64,000 bases of DNA from assembly GCA_965662895.1 (NCBI GenBank), contig CBFIJH010000004.1, positions 64,001 through 128,000 on the forward strand. Direction: 5' to 3'. The translations under genes were made by a program, and so were the position numbers. Source of the DNA: Candidatus Poseidoniaceae archaeon (GTDB taxonomy: Archaea > Thermoplasmatota > Poseidoniia > Poseidoniales > Poseidoniaceae). Positions within the stretch are counted from its first letter, which is position 1, and the number at the start of each line of letters is the position of its first letter. The notes below the pieces were generated by a model that was not told the origin of the DNA, did no database searches, and saw nothing but the letters and a program-made list of their open reading frames with translations. Below, one piece after another: positions 19,001 through 26,905 of the stretch.

Positions 19001-20921
19001 AACAACGGTGACGCCGCTAATCGCTCCCGAACACGGGCTGATGGACATTCTGAATTGGATTGATGGCGCACAATCCTCCCTTCACGTCCACCTTTACATC
19101 CTGCAATCGAGCGAAATCGCTCAAGCATTGGTCGATGCGAAGAATCGTGGAGTCGATGTCGTTGTTGTTCTCAATGAACCTGAGGATTGGTGGAATTCCA
19201 ACGATAAACAAGCACAGCAGGCGTATGCGCATTCGTTGAAACAATCGGGCATTGATGTTCATTGGTTTGGCGGCTCTGGTGACGACCCCTATCTCTACCT
19301 CCATTCAAAAGTCGCAGTGAGGGACGATTCTTCCGTGTGGATTGGTTCCGGGAACTGGAAACCATCCTCCTTGCCGTACGACGGAGATCGAGGCAATCGT
19401 GATTGGGGACTTCTGATTGAGAGCGTCCAACTTGCCAACATCGTTCGATCGAATATGGCGTACGACGAGACGTCCAATTACGTCCTCGATGTATCGTCCA
19501 CTGCCCCGACGAATTCCTATGTCATTCCCGAGGCACAAGAGATCAATCAAGCAACAGCGCAAGCCCTTACTGGGACGTTTAGCGGCCAGTTGCTGACGTG
19601 CCCGGATGACTGTGTTGAAGGTTTAACCGATCTGATTGTATCCGCTGATGACGAGATCTTGCTCTCATTGCAATACCTCGATTTGGATTGGAAATGGGGC
19701 TGGGGCGAGAATCCTTTGATTTCTGCCCTTGAACAAGCTGCAATCGATGGTGTTGCTATACGTCTCATCATCAACGGGGCTTATCTCGACGAGGACATTC
19801 AGGATGTTGTCGATCAAATCAACAACGATTGGAACATCACCAATGGTTGGGATGCATCAGCCGTCATCATGAGCGAAGATGACGATGTCATGAAGTTGCA
19901 CAACAAAGGAGCCATTGTTGATGGTGAGTCCGTTCTCATTTCAAGCATCAACTGGGGCGATTCAGCGATGGTTCGAAATCGTGAAATGGGCCTCATTGTT
20001 ACCTCATCCGAAGTCGCTGCTCCGTTCCTTGAATCGTGGTACGCTGATTGGAACCGTTTGGACAATGTCACGGATACGGACAACGATGGGATGCCAGACA
20101 TCTTTGAAGTGAACAATGGATTGAACCGGACTGTTTCGGTCCACAATGGTGTTTTGGAAGCGGACATGGACAACGATAACGATGGATTGTCCAATCTTGA
20201 TGAGTACATGCTCGGAGGTCATCCACTGAATCCTGATACGGACGGTGATTGTATTCCTGATGCTGTTGAAGTAAGTTGGGCACAAACAACCGCTCTTGAT
20301 CCAAGCGTTGAAGACGTTTCGCCAGAAGATGCAATCAATCGCGCAGATGCTGATGGTGACGGTACAAATGAGGCGGATGCATTGGGTTGTGATCTAGGTG
20401 GAATTGACCCTATTGATACAAACGACGACCAGACAAACGATACGAGCACAGATGATGACAACGATGGCGTGTTGGATGTGAATGATGAATGTCCAGATAC
20501 GCCTGCAAACACACCGACCGATGTGAGTGGTTGTTCTTCTGAACAACGCAATCAGAAAGCAGGTGATGCGGCTGGTGAGGCTGACGAAGGATTCGGAGAA
20601 AATTTCATGCTGATTCTAATGCTTGGAGGCCTACTCTTACTTATCGGGGCTGTGTACGGCATTGTTCAATCTCGCAAAGAAAATGAGGCAACTAAGGATT
20701 GGGTCACCGAACAACATATTGACGACGTTGTTGGTACGGAAGCTCAATGGGAGCAGCCTGTTCTTGATGGAAGAGGTGAAGAAACAGATTCAGGACTTGC
20801 GAAGGAACTTGATCGCTTCCCCGGTTGGACCGAGGAGATGCTGCAGCAATACTTGGACCATGGCTGGACGCTGGACCAGTTGGAGGAATACTACCAACAA
20901 CAGGTCGCAGAACAGGGATAA
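16032..20921 (+). CDS. Large surface enzyme: multiple lamin-tail domains + phospholipase D (2x HKD) + TSP3-like repeats + TM anchor
   Basis: Repeated (I/L)NEV(M/F)...GEW(L/V)ELYN.G...VD...W lamin-tail motifs; HSKVAVRD...GSGNW (19302-19325) and HNKGAIVD...SSINW (19899-19922); DTDNDGMPD-type repeats; C-terminal TM. Confidence 0.9.
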   Translation: MRFETIFLISLMLLVPLTPLVEPAEATSARAQPCGGSVCINEVMPNPNGYDDAAWPNGEWLELYNGGTSSVDVRNWYFSNKASRILTLNSASIVGYNASNPSTYTIAPGDYMIVARNASTNFYVANSNDFMTLYDSSNGWVDEATWNSTSSGVSLEEDPSNAYNDWIPTSNPTPGSVNTGGGGGTGGPTYAQSDVIINEVMADPWPSYDNATWPSGEWVELYNNGTSAIDLAGYWLQDVAGNMITLNENHLIGASTDASSFLIHPQETRIVAVNSTTNSGVLNNGQETLRLYLANGSIGHEVLWSSNQPGFSLEASSTGTMWQYSTYPTPNATNAPKIEQITSAGDVVLNEIFPVSTMDGTAAPDGEWVEFYNGGIVDVDLYGWSIIDGMGNVTFLDPGSIVVNSSQGSTMIHADERRLVEFTGDTRLWDNYNHLVIRDSTGAIVDMGHYTTNYGPDISLLRGQNYHDPWTPSITPSPGQPEPTPTPTTGDVKITEVLPDAVGSDSASYPNGEWIEIRNMGTEEVDVAGWRFSAENRNLILHQYNMPSKSDTVLQPGETALIALNGTSQFYLKHTTPDQIFLNDGNGVVVHSAQWTHTLEGGSLINNTESHAGAGPNGANAPSSSTTWGVDDWINSAWATPGEENPKWPEYTESENVLVTEIATSCDLPTFQPAADWIEVYNDGESEVNLSRWILQTDYSSNPLMGRQFIDASMVWDSTSTDVLLQPMERMVVELEHDIFGPDLDDVSAMNLLNPDGDLVLTIAPPVSHLSTTCATYGYNSTNAEWLEFLWPTPGSPEPDATMMASLDDIKFSSIMWDGVSSISTEMEFFELTNIGTDTAILNGWSIRRIASDGTSFESQITNLEIDATSSVKLSNDVTALELFEGGEILDMSAAMENPIYLLDSGMALQLIHPTGVVADTIVYKNGPVESEGWSGVALSEPVSGIDNLILYRGDGCGILTDTNQSTDWHQRWGRLGASDFCAESGFDDATTVTPLIAPEHGLMDILNWIDGAQSSLHVHLYILQSSEIAQALVDAKNRGVDVVVVLNEPEDWWNSNDKQAQQAYAHSLKQSGIDVHWFGGSGDDPYLYLHSKVAVRDDSSVWIGSGNWKPSSLPYDGDRGNRDWGLLIESVQLANIVRSNMAYDETSNYVLDVSSTAPTNSYVIPEAQEINQATAQALTGTFSGQLLTCPDDCVEGLTDLIVSADDEILLSLQYLDLDWKWGWGENPLISALEQAAIDGVAIRLIINGAYLDEDIQDVVDQINNDWNITNGWDASAVIMSEDDDVMKLHNKGAIVDGESVLISSINWGDSAMVRNREMGLIVTSSEVAAPFLESWYADWNRLDNVTDTDNDGMPDIFEVNNGLNRTVSVHNGVLEADMDNDNDGLSNLDEYMLGGHPLNPDTDGDCIPDAVEVSWAQTTALDPSVEDVSPEDAINRADADGDGTNEADALGCDLGGIDPIDTNDDQTNDTSTDDDNDGVLDVNDECPDTPANTPTDVSGCSSEQRNQKAGDAAGEADEGFGENFMLILMLGGLLLLIGAVYGIVQSRKENEATKDWVTEQHIDDVVGTEAQWEQPVLDGRGEETDSGLAKELDRFPGWTEEMLQQYLDHGWTLDQLEEYYQQQVAEQG

Positions 20922-20961
20922 GTCGCGTAACCTTGACAAAGGACCACACCCTAGGTATTCC

Positions 20962-21702
20962 ATGGCCTACAACTCGTCGAACCCTGTCTTCCAACCAGCC
21001 TTTTGGAATTCGATTCAAGGCAATGACCGAATGACCCTTGAAGGGACACTGCAAAAAACCGGCATTTTGTTTGGTATGGCAACAATCAGTGCTGTCGGAT
21101 CGATTGCACTCGGATTCATCATGCCGTCCCTCCTTTATCCACTAATGATCTTGGGTATGTTTGGCACGATTGGCATGGGGGTATTCTTGATGTTTGCTCG
21201 CCCGGCTGAACCAACAGGATTTGTGCTTGCTTACGCAACGCTCGAAGGTCTGTTTATCGGACCTCTTACGCTCGTGTTCGAGGTGTTCTATCCAGGTATA
21301 GCGATTCAGGCGGGGCTTGCAACCTTCGGGGTTGTTGCTTCTATGCTCACCATCTACTCTCTAGGTATTCTACGTCCAACACCTACATTCAACAAGATTG
21401 TCTTCACCCTAACCGGTTCAATCATGCTGATGTACATGATTAACATATTCCTCTACTTCCTGACTCCCTGGACGATACCCTTCCTTCACTCCTCGGGACC
21501 GATTGGAATTGGGATTAGTGTATTCATCATTATCGTTGCGTCAATGATGTTGATTTCCAACTTCGGCATGATTCATGCTGGCGTTCGAATGGGGGCACCG
21601 AAGAAGCAAGAATGGTGGGGCGCTTTCGGAATCATGGTGACGGTAATTTGGTTGTATTTCGAAATGCTTCGCTTGATTGCCAAACTCCGCGACTCAAGGT
21701 GA
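20962..21702 (+). CDS. Bax inhibitor-1/YccA family membrane protein
   Basis: SSNPVF, RMTLEGTLQKT, YATLEGLFIG, YPGIAIQA, GAPKKQEWWGAFGIMVTVIWLYFEMLRL; start trimmed to ATG 20962. Confidence 0.9.
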   Translation: MAYNSSNPVFQPAFWNSIQGNDRMTLEGTLQKTGILFGMATISAVGSIALGFIMPSLLYPLMILGMFGTIGMGVFLMFARPAEPTGFVLAYATLEGLFIGPLTLVFEVFYPGIAIQAGLATFGVVASMLTIYSLGILRPTPTFNKIVFTLTGSIMLMYMINIFLYFLTPWTIPFLHSSGPIGIGISVFIIIVASMMLISNFGMIHAGVRMGAPKKQEWWGAFGIMVTVIWLYFEMLRLIAKLRDSR

Positions 21703-21706
21703 TACG

Positions 21707-22669
21707 TTGGCACGTCCTCTGCCCATCGCTGATCTCAATGATTTTCTATCCGGTGATGAACAACGAATTCAAGCGTTCATCCAAACGGTCGGAGATTCGC
21801 TTGCAGACATTGGGTTCTTTGCCCTGACCAATCACGGTATTGATCTTGAATTAATCGAGGCCACCTACGATGTGGCTGAATCATTCTTTTTGCTTGAGGA
21901 ATCTGTGAAGCATCAATATGCGAAACCAGAAATTTCTCACCAACGTGGTTACACTGCTTTTGGTGTTGAACATGCAAAAGACAATCCTGCTCCAGACCTC
22001 AAAGAATTCTGGCAGACTGGAAGAGGTCAGCAAGGAAGTGAAACAGATACAAAATATCCGATGAATGTCTGGCCGAACCGGCACATCCCCGGTTTCGAGG
22101 AAAAAGTTGACAACTTGTACAACCGAATGGAGGAAATCTCCAATCAATTGCTTTCCGCTTGCAGCATCTACCTTGGCAAAGCGTCCACTTGGCTTCCTTC
22201 AATGGCTGAAAGAGGGAACACAATCATGCGAATAATCCACTATCCGCCTCTTGATTCGAACACGCCTGAAGGTGCGGTTCGCTCAGCGGCTCACGAGGAC
22301 ATCAATTTCATCACCTTATTGATGACTGCAACTGCTGCAGGCCTTCAGGTCATGGATCATGATGGGACATGGATTGATGTTGTAGGAAATCATGAACAAA
22401 TCATTGTTGATTCTGGAGATATGATTCAGAATTTGACCAACGGTTTGTTCAAGTCGACGACGCATCGGGTTGTTAACCCTGGCGACCCAACACAACGACG
22501 TTTCTCGATGCCCATGTTTGTTCACCCACGAAACGAGATTGATCTGACGCCACTACCCGAATTTATCGACCGAACCAGTGGTTCGGCAGATTTCCCATCA
22601 ATTACTGCTGGTGAGTATCTTCATCAACGACTTGCTGAAATTGGATTGGTATCAATTGACGAGGGTTGA
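21707..22669 (+). CDS. Isopenicillin N synthase-family 2OG-Fe(II) dioxygenase
   Basis: IGFFALTNHGI, HYPP, AAHEDINFITLL (HxD), STTHRVV, RFSMPMF (RxS); TTG start at 21707 preceded by AGGTGA. Confidence 0.9.
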   Translation: MARPLPIADLNDFLSGDEQRIQAFIQTVGDSLADIGFFALTNHGIDLELIEATYDVAESFFLLEESVKHQYAKPEISHQRGYTAFGVEHAKDNPAPDLKEFWQTGRGQQGSETDTKYPMNVWPNRHIPGFEEKVDNLYNRMEEISNQLLSACSIYLGKASTWLPSMAERGNTIMRIIHYPPLDSNTPEGAVRSAAHEDINFITLLMTATAAGLQVMDHDGTWIDVVGNHEQIIVDSGDMIQNLTNGLFKSTTHRVVNPGDPTQRRFSMPMFVHPRNEIDLTPLPEFIDRTSGSADFPSITAGEYLHQRLAEIGLVSIDEG

Positions 22670-22674
22670 AGTCA

Positions 22675-23946
22675 ATGCATATTCCAAATTTGCTTGCCAA
22701 AAAACGGGACGGGCATGGGCTCGAGCAACGAGAAATCGAGTGGTTTATCCAACATCTTCATGAGATTCCGAATGAACAAATTGGTGCATTTTTGATGGCC
22801 TGCCAAATCAATGGTTTGAATGCTGAGGAAACAACATACCTCACCAAGGCCATGCTCGACCAAGGAAAACGCCTTTCGAATCGAGACGGGGCTATCGACA
22901 AACACTCAACAGGTGGCGTTGGTGATAAAATGAGCCTCATCCTTGCTCCTGCATTGCGTGCCTGTGGAGCAATCGTGCCAATGTTGGCGGGAAGAGGATT
23001 GGCGCATACTGGAGGGACCATCGACAAACTGGAGGCGATTCCAGGCTTCAACACGGGACTAAGCATTGAACAAATGGAACACAATCCGTGTTTTATTTCG
23101 CGCCAAACCGATGAGATTGCTCCAACCGATTCCATCCTTTACGCAATTCGTGATGTTACAGCAACGGTTCCGTGTATTGGTTTGATCACTGCATCCATTC
23201 TTTCAAAGAAGGCTGCGGAAGGAATCCAAGCCCTCGTGCTCGATGTCAAATATGGCCGAGCTGCATTTATGCAACATTCAGATGATGCAAGAAAACTTGC
23301 AAAATCGATGATTCGTGTTGGCACTGAACTCGGAATTGAAGTTACGGCTCAACTTACAGAAATGGATCATCCAATCGGCAACATGCTTGGAAACAGTCAT
23401 GAAATTGTTGAATCGATTCAGTGTCTCAAAGGCCAAGGACCTGTTGATACCATGGAATTGGTGCATGCTCAAGCAAATGCATTGGGTTTTGAAGTTTCAG
23501 AAGTCATCGCAAACGGTTCAGCGCTTGAAGAATTCAGGCGAATGCTGGAACGTCAAGATGTTGACGCCCTTACCGCTCAGAAACTCATCGATGAGCCTTG
23601 GAGCGTGTTGGAGCGTGCACCCCAGCAATACGCAATACTCTCCGAAAAATCCGGATATGTAGCGGATATGGATGCCCTAGCAATCGGTCAAGTTCTTTGC
23701 GAAGCAGGCGCTGGTCGCTCGATGCAAGGTGATGACATCGACCATGGAGTAGGCATTGAAATTCATCATCGCATCGGTTCAAAGATCGAAGAAGATGATG
23801 TTATTCTAACGCTCGATGGCCCATTTGGCCTCGATGTTCACCTCCTTCAGCGATTGAAAGATTCGATTACAATCTCCGATTATCAAGTTGGTGTTGCTTC
23901 AAGGATTCTTGAAAGTCTAACAATTGACGATGGCTCAACGACTTGA
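22675..23946 (+). CDS. deoA: Thymidine / pyrimidine-nucleoside phosphorylase
   Basis: KKRDG, DKHSTGGVGDK, MLAGRGLAHTGGTIDKLEAIPGF, LYAIRDVTATV, ASILSKK, VLDVKYGRAAFM. Confidence 0.92.
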   Translation: MHIPNLLAKKRDGHGLEQREIEWFIQHLHEIPNEQIGAFLMACQINGLNAEETTYLTKAMLDQGKRLSNRDGAIDKHSTGGVGDKMSLILAPALRACGAIVPMLAGRGLAHTGGTIDKLEAIPGFNTGLSIEQMEHNPCFISRQTDEIAPTDSILYAIRDVTATVPCIGLITASILSKKAAEGIQALVLDVKYGRAAFMQHSDDARKLAKSMIRVGTELGIEVTAQLTEMDHPIGNMLGNSHEIVESIQCLKGQGPVDTMELVHAQANALGFEVSEVIANGSALEEFRRMLERQDVDALTAQKLIDEPWSVLERAPQQYAILSEKSGYVADMDALAIGQVLCEAGAGRSMQGDDIDHGVGIEIHHRIGSKIEEDDVILTLDGPFGLDVHLLQRLKDSITISDYQVGVASRILESLTIDDGSTT

Positions 23947-23989
23947 ACCGATGGAAGCCGTCATAAAGGAGATGTTGCTGGCCAAACTC

Positions 23990-24062
23990 GCCGATTTAGC
24001 TTAGTTGGTGGAGCGTGGGACTGTTAATCCCAAGGTCGTGGGTTCGAGCCCCACAATCGGCG
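23990..24062 (+). tRNA. tRNA-Asn(GTT)
   Basis: GCCGATTTAGCTTAGTTGGTGGAGCGTGGGACTGTTAATCCCAAGGTCGTGGGTTCGAGCCCCACAATCGGCG; cloverleaf with GTT anticodon and G discriminator. Confidence 0.95.
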
Positions 24063-24095
24063 TAAATTGAACTCCAACCATAACGAGGTGAAAAC

Positions 24096-24245
24096 TTGGT
24101 TTCCGAAACTGTTCTCGGCGTGTTGTTCTGTTTCTTGTTTCCACTTGCCTTTGCCGTTCGATTCTGGTCGTGGTATGCGATGTTCAAGAACAATGAGCAA
24201 TTGAAACTGGCAAGACAACAAGCAGAGTATGAGAATCAACCTTGA
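24096..24245 (+). CDS. Putative 49-aa single-TM small protein (below the ORF-track cutoff)
   Basis: GAGGTGA Shine-Dalgarno 4 nt before TTG; MVSETVLGVLFCFLFPLAFAVRFWSWYAMFKNNEQLKLARQQAEYENQP*. Confidence 0.55.
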   Translation: MVSETVLGVLFCFLFPLAFAVRFWSWYAMFKNNEQLKLARQQAEYENQP

Positions 24246-24367
24246 CCCCAGTTGATATCTCCACCCATTGTTGATGTGGGGGCTGCAGCGGGTTATGCAG
24301 GTTGAGGCATGACTGTAGATATCACCATGCATGTAAACACAGTTCAATGATTTTTAGGAGAGGAATA

Positions 24368-25315
24368 TTATTCCCACTCGATGGTTCCGGGTGGTTTGTG
24401 TGTAATATCGTACACGACTCGATTGACAGCACCCTTGACCGTGTTGGTAATACGCGTACTAATTTTCTGGAGAATATGATGTGGTATCTCTGAGTACCGT
24501 GCCGACATTCCATCCATACTTCGGACTGCTCGAACAACAATGGTTTCGCCATAGGCACGGACGTCACCATGAACACCAACGGATCGAACGGGTAACAGTG
24601 CAGCAAAATATTGCCATGGCAATTCCATTTCACCTGCTTCAGCTCCTGCTTCAAATTCTTCCTCAACAATGGCACATGCCTCTCGAACCACTTCAACACG
24701 TTCTGGCGTGAGATCACCCAATGTTCGGACAGCCAGACCTGGTCCAGGGAATGGTTGGCGCTCTGCTACGACAATATCGAGTTCTCGGGCAAGTTCTCGA
24801 ACTTCGTCTTTGTACAATTCACGAAGAGGTTCAACGACTTCAAGCGTCATATCTTCGGGCAATCCACCAACGTTGTGATGAGATTTTATCGTGTCGCGAA
24901 CACCACCCCCAGATTCAATCCAGTCAGGAGCAATTGTACCTTGAACGAGGTATTTTGCACCGCATTTTTTCTGTTCGTCTTCAAAGATACGAATGAACAA
25001 TTCACCAATGACTTTCCGCTTTTGCTCAGGTTCCGTAACGCCTTTCAATGCCTCAAAGTATCGATCTGCAGCCTTCACAGTGATCAGATTGATGCCCTGC
25101 TCGGAAAGCATCGCTTCAATTTCCTCAGTTTCATTTTTTCTCATGAAGCCAGTATCAACATACACACAGTGAAGGAGATCCCCGACTGCTTTACTGGCAA
25201 GAACTGCGGCAACTGTCGAGTCAACACCGCCTGAGCATGCAATGATTGCAACATCATCGATTGTTGCTTTCAATTGCTGAATCGATTCCTCGATAAATTC
25301 AGGCGCATCAAACAT
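24368..25315 (-). CDS. guaAB: GMP synthase subunit B (ATP pyrophosphatase)
   Basis: ACSGGVDSTVAA, VDTGFMRK, PEQKRKVIG, QGTIAPDWIES, IKSHHNVGGLP, RQPFPGPGLAVR, KPPGTIEWE; no GATase domain. Confidence 0.96.
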   Translation of the reverse strand: MFDAPEFIEESIQQLKATIDDVAIIACSGGVDSTVAAVLASKAVGDLLHCVYVDTGFMRKNETEEIEAMLSEQGINLITVKAADRYFEALKGVTEPEQKRKVIGELFIRIFEDEQKKCGAKYLVQGTIAPDWIESGGGVRDTIKSHHNVGGLPEDMTLEVVEPLRELYKDEVRELARELDIVVAERQPFPGPGLAVRTLGDLTPERVEVVREACAIVEEEFEAGAEAGEMELPWQYFAALLPVRSVGVHGDVRAYGETIVVRAVRSMDGMSARYSEIPHHILQKISTRITNTVKGAVNRVVYDITHKPPGTIEWE

Positions 25316-25316
25316 C

Positions 25317-25796
25317 TCAAGCCCTGCCGTTGACTTCTCGATCCATTTGCAGTACGCGCTCTACTTGATCGAGTTTGTCTTGAACGAGGCGTTGTGCCAT
25401 TTCGTCATCGACGAGTGCCAGCATTTGGACAGCAAGATGTCCTGCATTGTCACCACGGTCGACACCGACGGTTGCAGCCGGAACGCCAGGTGGTAGCTGG
25501 ACGATGGAAAGGAGCGAATCAAACGGTACACGGCCTCCACACGGAACACCGATAACGGGCTTGGTGGTTAAAGCAGCGACTGCTCCGGGAAGAGCGGCTG
25601 CGAGGCCTGCCATTGCGATGAAGACTTTGCATCCATCCCCCTCTGCTTTGTGGATGATTTCCTCAACGAATTTAGGAGAGCGGTGGGCAGATGCTACGCG
25701 CAGTTGGTAATTTACTCCGAATTTGTCAAGCACTTTTGTGCACTTTTCAGCAATCGGCATGTCAGACTTCGAACCCAGTAAGATAGATACATCCAT
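25317..25796 (-). CDS. purE: N5-CAIR mutase / AIR carboxylase
   Basis: ILLGSKSD, VASAHRSP, AGLAAALPG, PVIGVP, SLLSIVQLPPGVPAATV. Confidence 0.95.
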   Translation of the reverse strand: MDVSILLGSKSDMPIAEKCTKVLDKFGVNYQLRVASAHRSPKFVEEIIHKAEGDGCKVFIAMAGLAAALPGAVAALTTKPVIGVPCGGRVPFDSLLSIVQLPPGVPAATVGVDRGDNAGHLAVQMLALVDDEMAQRLVQDKLDQVERVLQMDREVNGRA

Positions 25797-25834
25797 GACC
25801 ATTTCCCATCGCGGGTAGTTCTTTTAGATGACCC

Positions 25835-26527
25835 TCACTCTTCTTCGAACAAAAATCTCTCAAGATCAAAGATTTTCTCGGAGAAAACATCGAGATGCAG
25901 CCAACAACCCTCTTCATCGAAAGCACAATACATGACCGCAAGTTGTTGTTTTGTTCGAGAAATCGCCATGAGGCCATTGTTTGGTTTCGCATTCAAAATG
26001 TTCCAATGGCCCAATCTTGAAGGGTTGAGTTTCAGATATCGGGAAGGATTCCACTCTCTGCGGAACTGAACGCCGCGCCCAGCCGAGGTTTGATTTGCGA
26101 CGCGATAGGTTGCAACAAAGAGACATGCGCACAAACCGAGTGGAATCCACAAAGAGACTTCAATCAGAAATGCTGAGCATAGCGACAGCAAGAGCAAGAG
26201 AACACTAAGGTGTACTCCTCGATGCAAAACAAGTACACGACGTTGGGAAAATGTTGAGAATAGTGCCAAACCGAGTAGAGCGTTGGTAACAAGAATAAAC
26301 CATTGAACGAGGAAAATGTACTTCCCAGAAACGAGCATGAGAATCGGAAAGGCCATGGTCAATAGAGATCCAGCCATGGTAAACAATGGAAGAATCATGA
26401 CGGCCCTCTCTTCAGAAGGATACCAACCGTCAACAAACAGTCCTACCATGACCTTTGGAAAACACTCGAGTTCTTGTTTCTGTTGGGTATCGGCGATGAA
26501 GTTAAATCGAAAAGACGATTTGTTCAC
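25835..26527 (-). CDS. Hypothetical membrane protein (start uncertain, possibly ATG 26449)
   Basis: About 4 TM segments followed by a soluble C-terminus; codirectional with purE. Confidence 0.65.
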   Translation of the reverse strand: MNKSSFRFNFIADTQQKQELECFPKVMVGLFVDGWYPSEERAVMILPLFTMAGSLLTMAFPILMLVSGKYIFLVQWFILVTNALLGLALFSTFSQRRVLVLHRGVHLSVLLLLLSLCSAFLIEVSLWIPLGLCACLFVATYRVANQTSAGRGVQFRREWNPSRYLKLNPSRLGHWNILNAKPNNGLMAISRTKQQLAVMYCAFDEEGCWLHLDVFSEKIFDLERFLFEEE

Positions 26528-26530
26528 ACA

Positions 26531-26905
26531 ATGGAACAGGTGTACAGGTGCGACTCAGATTCGTTCTTATCTCGATTGAACGAGCATCATAATTTGCAAC
26601 TTGTTCATCGTGGACAAGAGATTCAAGTCCACCGTGGCTTGTTTCAATATGTGATACTCACATACAACGAGATTGGTGATGAGTTGGTCGTGCGTTTTCG
26701 GCCAAGCATTCCAATACTCGGATTACTTGTGTTATCTTCGATTTTGGTTGCAACTTCCTTCGTCGTTTCGTGGTTGTGGCTATTCGTTGAGTTGATGTTT
26801 ATTGGAACGGCTTTCATCGTCTATTCATCCCAACTCACGTGGGAATTGTTGCAGTTTACACAAGAACCGATTACGCTTCGTTCTCATTCATCATCGAACG
26901 GATGA
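26531..26905 (+). CDS. Hypothetical membrane protein
   Basis: ORF fills the gap between a divergent gene and gcvPB; two hydrophobic segments; start chosen at ATG 26531. Confidence 0.5.
   Translation: MEQVYRCDSDSFLSRLNEHHNLQLVHRGQEIQVHRGLFQYVILTYNEIGDELVVRFRPSIPILGLLVLSSILVATSFVVSWLWLFVELMFIGTAFIVYSSQLTWELLQFTQEPITLRSHSSSNG

Noticed and set aside
21707-22669. Beta-lactam or secondary-metabolite cluster implied by the IPNS family name
   Set aside because: No NRPS/ACV synthetase or tailoring genes in the window; the family is functionally broad.
11214-24062. tRNA-flanked genomic island or provirus
   Set aside because: No integrase, no duplicated tRNA 3' end (att) seen, and no evident composition shift by eye; treated as resident chromosome.
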